Below, in pieces: positions 9,301-17,678 of a stretch of DNA of 29,162 bases; positions within the stretch are counted from its first letter, which is position 1; each line of letters starts with the position of its first letter. Origin of the DNA: a virus. Its lineage: Duplodnaviria; Caudoviricetes. The position numbers and the translations under genes are program-made. Where the stretch lies: IMG/VR virus record IMGVR_UViG_3300035135_001003, positions 1 to 29,162 of that record. One strand, given 5' to 3'. The notes beneath the pieces are model-generated. The model did no database searches. It saw only the letters and a list, made by a program, of their open reading frames with translations, and had not been told where the DNA came from.

Positions 9301-11774
9301 CATTGACCAATGAGCAAGTTTATACACTTGTTCTAAGCAACCATAACGGCAAAACATTTGTTCAGAATGAAGATCTGATTATCGGATCTTTGACAACATC
9401 CAATGCAACTAACAACACTCAGATTGCATTGACTATCGCAAAAGATGCTGGTAAAGTCACAAACTTGACAGTTAAAGAAACTGGTGGAAATTACGAAAGT
9501 GCTATTCTATCTTTCGAGAGTCCACAATTGCCTGGTGGTAGTGTTGCAAACGGCAGAGTAAGTATTTCCGAGGGTAAGATTTACTTTGCAGAACCAACAC
9601 TATTTGGTTCTGAGTATACATCTCCACCATCTATCGTTGTCAAAGGCATCGGTAATGGCGCTGCAGGCGCTGTAGTTGAGGCTAGTGTAACAATTGACAC
9701 ACCAGCAGTTAGAATGGGTGTAGCAGTCGATTCTAGTGGAGTTACAGAATCCACAACACCAACTAGATTTATTTTTGATAACCCAGTTTATCTACAAAAC
9801 AATTCCAAGTATGCACTAGTTGTTGAAACTGATTCGACCGAATATGCATTATGGACATCTAGACTGGGCGAAATTGAAATTGCCACAAGCACACCTGTAA
9901 CTACACAACCACTACTAGGATCTGTATTCAGATCTCAAAACGTAGACACTTGGTCTGAAGATCTCTTTGAAGATATTAAGTTCACTATTCATAGAGCAGA
10001 ATTTGATATTACTAGAGAAGGAACACTCAAGATTGAGAACGAAGATCTTAAATACGAAGCTCTAGGAAGAGATCCATTTGAAACAGATGGTGGTTCTAAT
10101 GCTGGTGCTACATCTGATCTATTCAGAAATAACAATAAGATTATTCGCGTTTACCATCCAAACCATGGTTTTGAAGATCGCGGAAAGTCCTTCGTATTCT
10201 TCAAAGGTTCGACAGATACTGGTGGTATCCCAGCAACTCAACTAAACTCCAGACTTTATACTGTAGATAGTGCTGGTGTTGATTACTACCATATTGCAAG
10301 TCCCACCGTTGCTGCTAGTACACTTAGGGGTGGTGGATCATCTATTCTTGTCGCTCATAACAAAAAATATGAGCGTCTGTATCCACAAGTAAATTATCTA
10401 ACATTTACTGCTACAAGCGTAAAGACGACTGTTCAGACCACTAATATTATCCCAGTTGACTCTACTACCAATAACTACACTTCTTATACTCAAGTTAGTG
10501 ACGAAAAGACTTTCTTGAATGAAATTCACTATTTCACTAATCAGAAAGTTCTTGCTTCTAAGATCAATCAAACTTCTAATAATATTGATAAGTCACTACA
10601 GTATAGTATTAAACTAGCATCTACAGTTTCTTATCTGTCTCCTGCTATCGACTTGTCTTCTGCTTCTATTAAGTTAGCAAGCAATAGAATTGAGAAGTCT
10701 GCTGGACAAGAAGATCGTTATGGAAGAAGAGATCAAATCCTTGAGTTCAAACCAGTTTCGCAGTTTGCTTTGACAAACATTCCATCTGGAACTGTGATTA
10801 CAGTACCACAAGCAGTTGAAGGTGCTGTAAGTAAGGCGAAAGGAACCATTGCAAGAGTAGAAGAGATCAATGGATCTCCTACAGTATGGGTAAGAGTTTC
10901 TACTACTAATGGATTCCAGAAGGGCGAGGGTATCATTTTTGGTGACACTTCACTTTCTGCGGTTGGATACGATCCAGCACTAACTGATACTCAGAATCAG
11001 TCTCGTGCTGCAGTATCTTCTGATCCAACTAGACAGGTCTTTAATGTAGATGTTGCTGAGAATATCGTAGCAAGAAACCCAAGTGCTCTAACTGCTACCT
11101 TTGATAATAAGATCAACGGTAAAGTAGAGATCTTTGATGCTCAAAATCTCACGATTACACTACGCAATGACAAGAAACCATTTGGAACTCTGGGATATAC
11201 AGAATCTCTTGTTGATTCTGCAACTGGTGGTAACGCTAGATCTGGAGAAGGTGTAGAGGATATCTTTAGAGTAGGAGATATTATTGCATATCCAGATCAA
11301 CAAAGCGAGACAACTGGATACTGGGAAGTCTCTAGAGTATCATATACAAATGGTATTGAATACAGACCAGAAACGTCATTCAGCAATAGTTCTTCTGTTG
11401 CTAAGTATGTAACCAAAGAAATTGCAATTGGTAACCCTGGAACAACGATCGATGTTAGATTGACAGCAAATGTCAAGAACATTGATGACGTACAAGTTCT
11501 ATTCCGTTATAAGAAGTCTTCCAGTCAAGAATCCTTCGATAACATTGAGTGGGAATATTTCAACGGAACAGGTCTACCAGATACAGATGAATTGCCAACT
11601 AATGAGAATACCGTTTCTGGTATCGTAGAGAAGCAAACTTCTTATCAAGAACTGCAATACAGTGTTGCAAATCTACCAGAATTTAGCTCTTTCGGAATCA
11701 AGATTGTCATGAGATCTAACGATCCAGTGTACGTTCCTAAGATTCAGGATTTGAGAGCAGTTGCTTCATATTAA
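3312..11774 (+). CDS. Large virion/baseplate structural protein, VrlC-like (DUF4815-type), 2820 aa
   Basis: N-terminus MPQKTNLNVSPYFEDFD..FYKILFRPGYSIQSRELTQLQSILQNQ; motifs APGAHRLKI, LARRTYDESGDY, GKAYIRGYE, NRRYTMKDIAKLEKRVERLEYYT, FKTGFIVDNF, PLAQTF; C-terminus VPKIQDLRAVA. These match the conserved VrlC-like protein that follows gp8 in T4-like cyanophages. Confidence 0.85.
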   Translation: MPQKTNLNVSPYFEDFDDNKNFYKILFRPGYSIQSRELTQLQSILQNQIESYGKYAFKQGDLVIPGEVGLNNKLDYVKLSSVSEVAVNDGDDNIVYKKYDIEQLIGTQLRGLTSGVIGNVVSTQNATETNADTLFVIYTTSGNANNESTFRQGETLEVIDGINTPLMVVGTDGSVLPTAVTVVDPDTAEESSVVSPAMGFASAVKVEEGIYFANGYFVRNEEQLLVIDPYYNAPSAKIGFRVMEDIVTPEEDESLYDNSIGSSNFSAPGAHRLKISLSLKKYDLDTQTDKNFIQLLRVKRGVVQKKVVQADYSLLEQTLARRTYDESGDYVVDNFSVDIREWAQKEGNNGVYAVDADGNYNGLDEQDASRKMIANVGAGKAYIRGYEIVNKETKEIEVSKARETLESDNQVIKTRGLPTYSVANVSGSVPLNAEGSDLTAYPDVELFSLYNDGTIGQQVDFASGIRFVEDADERISTVDRRGSIYSDDDGVKTFTVEITQSNTVQKLNPANNAAPTISFTDICDSSNQLYTVATRASGLPESYSTFKVLGFSVVTRPDVSPGDAAKRFAEITLLGSKAKLDSLVEFDVEDDGSRRYFYLNTTTGAGLGPIATVTYSAGTTLGSEANATYTGVTGNSSANGLSATFTVARNSSGVISNVTVTAGGTNYTPTETITILGSTIGGVDTTDDITITVATIDNVSRLGYITDYSDVITPLVGTTKSSNFTLKERGFGFNGDTDIVLSKGTLVSGEKVYNSIFGLGYFGPTFFTKLVLEETPSTGFSSGQYVVGVTSGAYGVIEGSTDSSFSSAAMLMVRTLSGTFKSGEVLIDENSNSAKIATDNTISHFVTKYRSTGGYPADAGISINGQPFDSSKVTLTVDAGGRVVSAVIRERKAFSQKYSQPPTVTITAPTANVALAARVDAVLFRNTVTTYSPADVKSFGSAFGSLGANKFTADIESNKTEYVNLTSVTEFTFSGKKGYRFLECNGFGGDATQLLKQGDYIQFTGTDGKSVRASVQYATKPEGTIKSRIYLNTAIPEDVTNDSIVKISPKIDNFGSGTLIYPTGSGQVASVSRGSEDSKIKYYYRRDFVTTSTSNSNTITFTAQLPFGTQRFVTFNESNFVMTVLDPGDATTVKKGDIVYITADNVSTTNQTDQASGLNAGSVEISLPTTVFNATNNFPKLKLSATLELSKARPRIKTNVPNKRILIKSVGDRVIPLRGEDFDSESTTLTTYADAYKLRYVYEGTSVAAPEVDTAGNLVGNGQDITDRFTFDDGQRDTFYDVSRIVLKPGYPAPTGQLVVAFDYFEHSAGDFCTVDSYNHESGVTLEEIPSFNSAVHGIVSLKNVLDFRPKVDNSSYITGYSNTSSRQGIATSFIGEGGVVSVTPAPDRGLEYTFSFSQTEFLSRIDGIFLNKKGQFVLKEGNSSQNPTRPEPLDDAIALYYLYIPAFTTSSKDVRITPVDNRRYTMKDIAKLEKRVERLEYYTTLSILEQQALGMQIRDEIGFNRFKTGFIVDNFETHLRGEVSSSDYKCAIDTQQSVLRSQTHEDAYALVESNTRNDQRVIDGYQKTGNIVTLPYTTLPLLGNEFATKTINPNPFVALQYVGEGALEPNIDSWYDDSVEPLVVDNNTQLYSIFLAKNDITEAYSSIFNSFIVNWIGSKNSFGEITSFGSTNSDSAFSKVESASVASSSNVSPQNNELGKGLSTDSNEKGSIATSLKFFARSIAVKYVVKRLKPSTKLYPFLEGRDITRWVNPDTRFTGLAGNSLSGFNGSIVTDENGNASGLILIPGGYAPLENATWTGDVNTVNYDLTSEQVRVTTGIKTVRFTSSATNAAKDTVDSYAEVKYYALGRLPENPSTINSTLPAIFKANEGVQLIDSVTDVETKPNPLAQTFKIENFDGGCFATGVDLYFNKKSTNIPIRVYLTNTESDKPGKYILPGTERSLTPNTRIRVFANGTATIKINEVITGSRSNCSGPLAKVLDKNNNEITATVNGEVTLTNEQVYTLVLSNHNGKTFVQNEDLIIGSLTTSNATNNTQIALTIAKDAGKVTNLTVKETGGNYESAILSFESPQLPGGSVANGRVSISEGKIYFAEPTLFGSEYTSPPSIVVKGIGNGAAGAVVEASVTIDTPAVRMGVAVDSSGVTESTTPTRFIFDNPVYLQNNSKYALVVETDSTEYALWTSRLGEIEIATSTPVTTQPLLGSVFRSQNVDTWSEDLFEDIKFTIHRAEFDITREGTLKIENEDLKYEALGRDPFETDGGSNAGATSDLFRNNNKIIRVYHPNHGFEDRGKSFVFFKGSTDTGGIPATQLNSRLYTVDSAGVDYYHIASPTVAASTLRGGGSSILVAHNKKYERLYPQVNYLTFTATSVKTTVQTTNIIPVDSTTNNYTSYTQVSDEKTFLNEIHYFTNQKVLASKINQTSNNIDKSLQYSIKLASTVSYLSPAIDLSSASIKLASNRIEKSAGQEDRYGRRDQILEFKPVSQFALTNIPSGTVITVPQAVEGAVSKAKGTIARVEEINGSPTVWVRVSTTNGFQKGEGIIFGDTSLSAVGYDPALTDTQNQSRAAVSSDPTRQVFNVDVAENIVARNPSALTATFDNKINGKVEIFDAQNLTITLRNDKKPFGTLGYTESLVDSATGGNARSGEGVEDIFRVGDIIAYPDQQSETTGYWEVSRVSYTNGIEYRPETSFSNSSSVAKYVTKEIAIGNPGTTIDVRLTANVKNIDDVQVLFRYKKSSSQESFDNIEWEYFNGTGLPDTDELPTNENTVSGIVEKQTSYQELQYSVANLPEFSSFGIKIVMRSNDPVYVPKIQDLRAVASY

Positions 11775-11783
11775 TTTCCGCGT

Positions 11784-11990
11784 ATGGGATATGCAAAAGT
11801 TGAAGGGCACGATGGTCTCGTAAGGGACCTAAACACAGGTGCCATCATATGTAAGGACTCCTCGGCTATAGAGTCGAGGAGAAAATCAAAGCAGCTGAGT
11901 TCCGCGTTGGACGACATAAATATGTTGAAGAATGAAGTTTCTGAGATCAAATCCTTACTGCGAGAGTTAATCAAAAATGCCAGCAATTAA
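11784..11990 (+). CDS. Small conserved phage protein with C-terminal coiled coil, 68 aa
   Basis: KVEGHDGLVRDLNTGAII N-terminus and heptad-like LDDINMLKNEVSEIKSLLRELI. Fills the gap between two large genes and overlaps the next gene by 14 nt. Confidence 0.8.
   Translation: MGYAKVEGHDGLVRDLNTGAIICKDSSAIESRRKSKQLSSALDDINMLKNEVSEIKSLLRELIKNASN
11915..11922 (+). promoter_or_regulatory. Putative intragenic late promoter (CATAAATA) for the 1717-aa gene
   Basis: 7/8 match to TATAAATA, 54 nt upstream of ATG 11977; formed using the apparently uncommon Ile codon ATA (gac ata aat atg). Confidence 0.6.
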
Positions 11991-14900
11991 TGTAGCACGC
12001 ACTGATACCTTTGAACAGCAAAGGGTAAAAATCAATGACATCGGTGCCCAGATTTTCAACGTCACATCTGGTGGTAGTAACCTCGCCACTGGCGAATTAA
12101 AAATTGGAGATGGAACCAGAGTTGCGCCATCTTTGGCGTTTAGTAGTGATGCAACTTTAGGTATCTTCAAGGCAGACACAGGAACCTTAGGTATCGTTTC
12201 TGCTGGTAAAAATCTATTTGACTATGCGCCTCTAGAGGTAATTAGTTATAGAGACATTAAAGTAAGAAAGAAAATTCTTGTCCAGTCTGGTCTGACAGTT
12301 GTAAACCAGGGTCAAAACTATGACACTGGAAGTTATAGTAGCGTAATTCTTACTGGTGGATCTGGTGAGGGTGCAACTGCAGATATTGTTGTACTAGAAT
12401 TTAAAGGTACAATTACTAATACTGGCGCTAACTACACTGCTGGTAGTTATGCAGCACAACCATTTGTTTCTAGTGGATCTCCTACACTAGGAATGTTTGC
12501 TGATTTTGATGTAGATGGCATTGTAGGAGACATTACAGAGGGTTCCGCATATGTTCCTGGAACATACACTGCTGTCCCTATTACAGGCGGTACAGGAACT
12601 GGTGCGGAAGCAACAATTACTGTTACTGGTAACACTCAGTATCCTGGTACTATCTCGAATGCTGGTTCTGGATATACTGATGGTGTATATACATTTGTAC
12701 AAGCATTCAACACACCAACACAAACATTTGCTGTTACTACAGTAGCAAACGGAGGAACACCACCACCAAACGATCTTTTCCAGATTGATGGTCAAACTCA
12801 AGCTTCAATTAATTTAATTGTTGGTAATACTTACAGATTTGATCAATCTGATGCGTCAAATACTGGACATCCTTTGATGTTCAATGACAATCAAGGTAGT
12901 TTCCTACCCGCAGATTACATTATGCTCTCTAATGGCACTGCTGGTAGTGCTGGAGCATTTACTGATATAATCGTTCTTCCTACTGCAACTGCTGGTACTG
13001 TTCTACAATATAACTGTTCTGTCCATGCTGGCATGGGTGGGACAATGAATGTTGTATCTGGTACTGCTGGATCTTATGGTTATGGCACTTCTTATGATAT
13101 TACAATCACTAGTGGGTCTGCTACCAACATTGTCACTGCTTCTGGTGGTGTTGGATATCAAGCAGGCGATATTGTAACTTTCCCAAATAACTTCTTGGGT
13201 GGAGCTGGTACTGGAATAGAATTTACACTATCTGGTCCTGTATATGACGGTGAAGTTACTGCCGTCGTATTTACAGATAATGGACAGAATTACATAACTG
13301 GTGACGTTCTAAGTGCTGCAGATTCTGACCTAGGTGGAGGCGGTGGATCTAACTTTGCATATACAGTAACTAGTAACCCTGGTAAAATTGACGAAATTAC
13401 AATTACATCATATGGAACTGGTCACGCAATAGGTGACGTTCAAACCTTACCAGTAGCAGTTTCTAATGTATCTACCACACTACCTGGACAGGTAACTGGT
13501 GCAGCTGCAACTCTAACTGGTTCTTCTGCTGTTGTCGCAATGACAACTACTGCAGGAATCAACCCAGGAATGATTATCTACACTGATGCTGGAAGCACTG
13601 GTGATGCTGGTTCTGGAACATTGACTGTTCAAACGGTTGACAATGCTACCCAGATTACCATGTCTGGTCCTGCAACCACTGGTGGCGCAGCAACTCTAAC
13701 TTTTGTTTCTCCACTTGGACTATCTACTATTGAAGTTGCTGATGCTTCTGGTATCTTCAATGGTTATACTGTTACCAAAGCAAGTGGTGCTGGTGTTCTC
13801 GCTGACGACACTACAGTTTCTTCTGTAGATCTAACAACTACACCAAATCAAATTGTTCTTTCTGCTTCACCAACAACTCCTGGTGCTGCAGTTCTAGACT
13901 TTGCACCTCCATTTGGAGTAGGAACAACTCCATTCTCGTTTACAATTGATACTCTGGGAGTTATTGATGATACCCAGTTCACACTGTCTGATGCTGGCAA
14001 TGGATATAACATTGGTGATAGTCTGAGTGTAGACGCATCTTCTCTTACTCAACCAATTGTATACACACTCACAACACAACCAACTCAACTGATCACATTT
14101 AGTGGTACAGTCACATCTTCTGCAATTAGTGTTGGTGATGTTATCAAAGTTGCAGATGGTGCGCCACAATCAGCAAGTGGTGCTGGTTCCACTATTCTTG
14201 CAGAAGCAGACGCAACATATTCTGGAATTACAGTATTTACAACATCTGGAAATGGACAGGGTGGTAGCATTGATGTTTCTAGAGATAACGCTGGTGCCAT
14301 TAGCACAGTTACGTTTACTGGTGGTTTATTCTATGCAGACACAGACACCTGTACTATTGCTGGAAACCTAGTTGGTGGTGCAAGTCCAGCAGATGATGTT
14401 ACTGTTACAATTACTGGTGTTTCTCAAGGCACAGATGCAGAAGTTTATGTAGTCAACACTGCTGGTGGAAACATCACCAATATTATTGCATATGCTGCTG
14501 GGTTCGTTGATGCGGAAAGCATTATTGTTGGTGCTACCACTGCTACATACGGAACAACTCAATACACGATTAATACAGCAGGAACAACTAGAAACAAATT
14601 CTTTATTGATACTGGTTCTGGACCACAACTGCATCCAGATCTAACTTTCTATGTTGGTAACAAGTATCAGATTGATACATCGGACGCAACAAACAACGTA
14701 CACACATTTGCTTTCTCTGCATTCCCAGGAGGATCTAAAGCACCAAGTTTAGTAGAGAATATCACTACGACACTTGATGCTACTTCTACACAAATTACTG
14801 TAACTTCGACAACTGGCATCGTTGCAGGAATGAGAGTAACAGAGACTGGAACTGGTCCTGGAGAATTAGCGATCAATACAACGGTTGCATCTGTTGATAA

Positions 14901-17130
14901 TGCAACAACGATTACTCTATCAGAAGCTCCACTCGTCTCTGGTCTAGTAACTCTCACGTTCGCTGGTGGTGAGTTTACTGATGGTGTGATTCGTAATCAG
15001 AATGATGTTGAGATTACAGTTACTGCAAATACTCCAACTACACTATATTACTTCAACTCAATCAACGACCCAGAAAATGCTGAGTCTGGTGGTGATATTG
15101 GCAACGAAGCAACTGTAACTTCAGATCCAAACAACCCCAAAGTATTTGGCAGTGGATTTGAAGTTACGGTAACTCAAACTCAAGTATCCGATACAATTTT
15201 ACAGGATGTTGATACTGGAACTATCACCTTGACGGAAGTAGTTTCTCAACAATTAACATCCAATGCTGCCAATGTAACTGGAACTCTGACTGCTCCAACA
15301 ATTGCTGGAGGAGACATTGAGGTAACAAACCTCACCAATACAACAACAAATACTATTACGTTAAACACTAATAATGTTAACGTATCTGCAGATTTTGCAA
15401 TCGGTAGTGCATTTGCTGTTGCAGAATCTACTGGTAACTTAACGATCGGTGGCACTATTGTAACTACTAGTACAATTGATATTAATAGCGAACTTGTTTT
15501 AGAGAACAATGAGATTCGCTCTGTAACTTCTGATCTAGTTTTAGAACCAGCTACTGGTAGAGTTGTTAAGGTAGACACAACTACAGCAATTAACATTCCT
15601 GCTGGTGATACATCACAAAGACCTGGCGCTGCAGCAGTTGGTAATGGATCTATCAGATTCAACACACAAACAAATCAATATGAAGGATACAGTGCTACAT
15701 CTCAGGCATGGTCTTCTCTTGGTGGTGTTAGAGACCTAGATGGCAATACTTACATCCTCGCAGAACAAACAGTTGGTTCTAATGACAATACCCTTTGGTT
15801 CTACAATGATGGTATTAATACCATCAAGTTTGGTCCAAATAAACTAGAGTTTGTAACCAATAAAAAAATTCATTCTCCAGCAACCAATGCGCCTGCATAT
15901 CAAGTTTGGACTGCGAATACTCCAGTAACACTTGGTCAATATGTCAAGTGGTTGAATAACTTATATGAAGTTACAACTGCTGGTACAACTGGAACTAGTG
16001 GCAATGAACCTATCCACACCACAGGTGATCAACTAAATGGTACTGCAATTCTTACATGGTCTCAGTTAGCAGTTGCACCTCTAACATTTGAAGAAATCGA
16101 GGAAGTCAGAATCGGACCTGATGCTCCATGTCCAGTTGTTATCAATTCCGAATTACGTTTGGCAGATAACACTATCAGCACAGACATTAGTGATCTGCTC
16201 TTCAGACCAAACCCTGGTAAGAAAGTAACCATTGACGCCGCATCTTCAATTGTAATTCCAGTCGGTAGTGATGCTGAAAGAGGAGTTCAGGCACAGGGTA
16301 GTATTAGATTCAATACTACATCTACTCAGTTTGAAGGTTATGATGGAGCGAACTGGGGATCTCTTGGTGGAGTCAAAGACGTTGACCAAAATACTTACAT
16401 CATTCCAGAAACTTCACCTGGAGCAAATGAAAATGTCCTCTATTTCTACAACGATGGCAGCAATACATTAAGACTGACTACTACAGAGTTGCAGTTTGAT
16501 ACAGTAGATACGATTGTTTCATCTACTTCCAATGAATTTGAAATTACAGCATCTCTGATGACATTTGATGGTGCTGCAACAACACTAGACAATACCGCCG
16601 TAGATAGAACATTCTTGCATGGTAGCAAGCAATACTTTGACATTGGACTTTCCAGTGGTCTTTTTGTTGAACCAGTCTTGAGACTTGACAACCAAGGTGA
16701 TGTATACCTCAATACAGGTTTTGGAACTGGAACCATCAATCAAGTCAAAGTCTTTGATGGTGACTTGCAAGAATTTGAACTCAATGATATCAAGATTCTG
16801 ACTGATAAAATTGCCTTGACACAAGGAACTGTAAACAATGCAAACTCTGTTCTTTATCCTACGGCAACTGCCATGGGAGCCAAGACAGTTATTGTTGCTC
16901 ACAATACTTCAACTGGCGACAAAGAGTTTATTGAGTTTGGCATTACTGATAATACTACTGATGTATTCCATACCGAATATGGCAACATCAGAACTGGCAC
17001 ACAACTGATTGTTCCAACATTTGAAGTTACTGGTGCTAATGAAGTAAGACTCAATCTTGCAATCGGTTCAAACGTTGCAACAACTCAAACGGTAAATATT
17101 ACTGTAACCTCCACCATCACTAAGAAGTAA
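11977..17130 (+). CDS. Modular virion structural/fibre-like protein, 1717 aa, with cupredoxin-like domains
   Basis: N-terminus MPAINVARTDTFEQQRVKIN typical of cyanomyovirus structural proteins; many G/T-rich GxGY modules; two cupredoxin-like domains; two GSIRFNT..EGY..W.SLGGV.D.D.NTYI modules; one CBM5/12-like WTANT..GQYV..NNLY module. Confidence 0.8.
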   Translation: MPAINVARTDTFEQQRVKINDIGAQIFNVTSGGSNLATGELKIGDGTRVAPSLAFSSDATLGIFKADTGTLGIVSAGKNLFDYAPLEVISYRDIKVRKKILVQSGLTVVNQGQNYDTGSYSSVILTGGSGEGATADIVVLEFKGTITNTGANYTAGSYAAQPFVSSGSPTLGMFADFDVDGIVGDITEGSAYVPGTYTAVPITGGTGTGAEATITVTGNTQYPGTISNAGSGYTDGVYTFVQAFNTPTQTFAVTTVANGGTPPPNDLFQIDGQTQASINLIVGNTYRFDQSDASNTGHPLMFNDNQGSFLPADYIMLSNGTAGSAGAFTDIIVLPTATAGTVLQYNCSVHAGMGGTMNVVSGTAGSYGYGTSYDITITSGSATNIVTASGGVGYQAGDIVTFPNNFLGGAGTGIEFTLSGPVYDGEVTAVVFTDNGQNYITGDVLSAADSDLGGGGGSNFAYTVTSNPGKIDEITITSYGTGHAIGDVQTLPVAVSNVSTTLPGQVTGAAATLTGSSAVVAMTTTAGINPGMIIYTDAGSTGDAGSGTLTVQTVDNATQITMSGPATTGGAATLTFVSPLGLSTIEVADASGIFNGYTVTKASGAGVLADDTTVSSVDLTTTPNQIVLSASPTTPGAAVLDFAPPFGVGTTPFSFTIDTLGVIDDTQFTLSDAGNGYNIGDSLSVDASSLTQPIVYTLTTQPTQLITFSGTVTSSAISVGDVIKVADGAPQSASGAGSTILAEADATYSGITVFTTSGNGQGGSIDVSRDNAGAISTVTFTGGLFYADTDTCTIAGNLVGGASPADDVTVTITGVSQGTDAEVYVVNTAGGNITNIIAYAAGFVDAESIIVGATTATYGTTQYTINTAGTTRNKFFIDTGSGPQLHPDLTFYVGNKYQIDTSDATNNVHTFAFSAFPGGSKAPSLVENITTTLDATSTQITVTSTTGIVAGMRVTETGTGPGELAINTTVASVDNATTITLSEAPLVSGLVTLTFAGGEFTDGVIRNQNDVEITVTANTPTTLYYFNSINDPENAESGGDIGNEATVTSDPNNPKVFGSGFEVTVTQTQVSDTILQDVDTGTITLTEVVSQQLTSNAANVTGTLTAPTIAGGDIEVTNLTNTTTNTITLNTNNVNVSADFAIGSAFAVAESTGNLTIGGTIVTTSTIDINSELVLENNEIRSVTSDLVLEPATGRVVKVDTTTAINIPAGDTSQRPGAAAVGNGSIRFNTQTNQYEGYSATSQAWSSLGGVRDLDGNTYILAEQTVGSNDNTLWFYNDGINTIKFGPNKLEFVTNKKIHSPATNAPAYQVWTANTPVTLGQYVKWLNNLYEVTTAGTTGTSGNEPIHTTGDQLNGTAILTWSQLAVAPLTFEEIEEVRIGPDAPCPVVINSELRLADNTISTDISDLLFRPNPGKKVTIDAASSIVIPVGSDAERGVQAQGSIRFNTTSTQFEGYDGANWGSLGGVKDVDQNTYIIPETSPGANENVLYFYNDGSNTLRLTTTELQFDTVDTIVSSTSNEFEITASLMTFDGAATTLDNTAVDRTFLHGSKQYFDIGLSSGLFVEPVLRLDNQGDVYLNTGFGTGTINQVKVFDGDLQEFELNDIKILTDKIALTQGTVNNANSVLYPTATAMGAKTVIVAHNTSTGDKEFIEFGITDNTTDVFHTEYGNIRTGTQLIVPTFEVTGANEVRLNLAIGSNVATTQTVNITVTSTITKK

Positions 17131-17131
17131 A

Positions 17132-17632
17132 ATGGCAACCACAAAAGAAAAGTTTGACTCAACAGGTGGATTTTCCATCGATAAGACTGTTATTGTTGAT
17201 GAATTAAGAAACGCAAAGGATTTAAATACTTTAGAAATTAAAAACTCTGAGTATGCAGATAGTGCGCGTCGTACATTCATCTTGCGTGGTCTAAACACAG
17301 CAGTTCTTCAACTGGATGTTAATGGTACACAAATTACCATTGAAAGTGATACCCTCAATTTTATTACTGGACATATTATGGGAGTCAATGCTTCAGGCAC
17401 TGTTTACTCAGCAAAAATTGAGTCTACATTGTTCTGTGATGCTGCTGGTGCCACTACTGTTTTGTCCAGCATGAGAACGGTTATCAAAGATGACATCCCC
17501 GATGGACAGACGTGGGACATTCAACCATTAGGGTCCTCAAACAGATTTAGTTATAATACAACTAGAGCAGGTACAACAAACAATATTAAGTGGGTTGCAG
17601 TTACTGAGGTTATCAGTATCGAGTGGCAGTGA
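17132..17632 (+). CDS. Putative virion structural protein, 166 aa, beta-rich
   Basis: Starts 1 nt after the previous stop, has similar codon style and fills the interval in the structural operon. No function recognised. Confidence 0.75.
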   Translation: MATTKEKFDSTGGFSIDKTVIVDELRNAKDLNTLEIKNSEYADSARRTFILRGLNTAVLQLDVNGTQITIESDTLNFITGHIMGVNASGTVYSAKIESTLFCDAAGATTVLSSMRTVIKDDIPDGQTWDIQPLGSSNRFSYNTTRAGTTNNIKWVAVTEVISIEWQ

Positions 17633-17633
17633 T

Positions 17634-17641
17634 GCTAAATA
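17634..17641 (+). promoter_or_regulatory. Late promoter variant (GCTAAATA) for the 3044-aa gene
   Basis: CTAAATA in the 46-nt intergenic gap; AGGAG SD at 17662-17666; ATG at 17679. Confidence 0.7.
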
Positions 17642-17678
17642 TAAACTAGGATAAACGGGTCAGGAGATAGTTGACACC

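Noticed and set aside
3312-11774. Virulence function implied by the VrlC name
   Set aside because: The label is historical, from a phage-derived bacterial locus. The context here is a baseplate operon.
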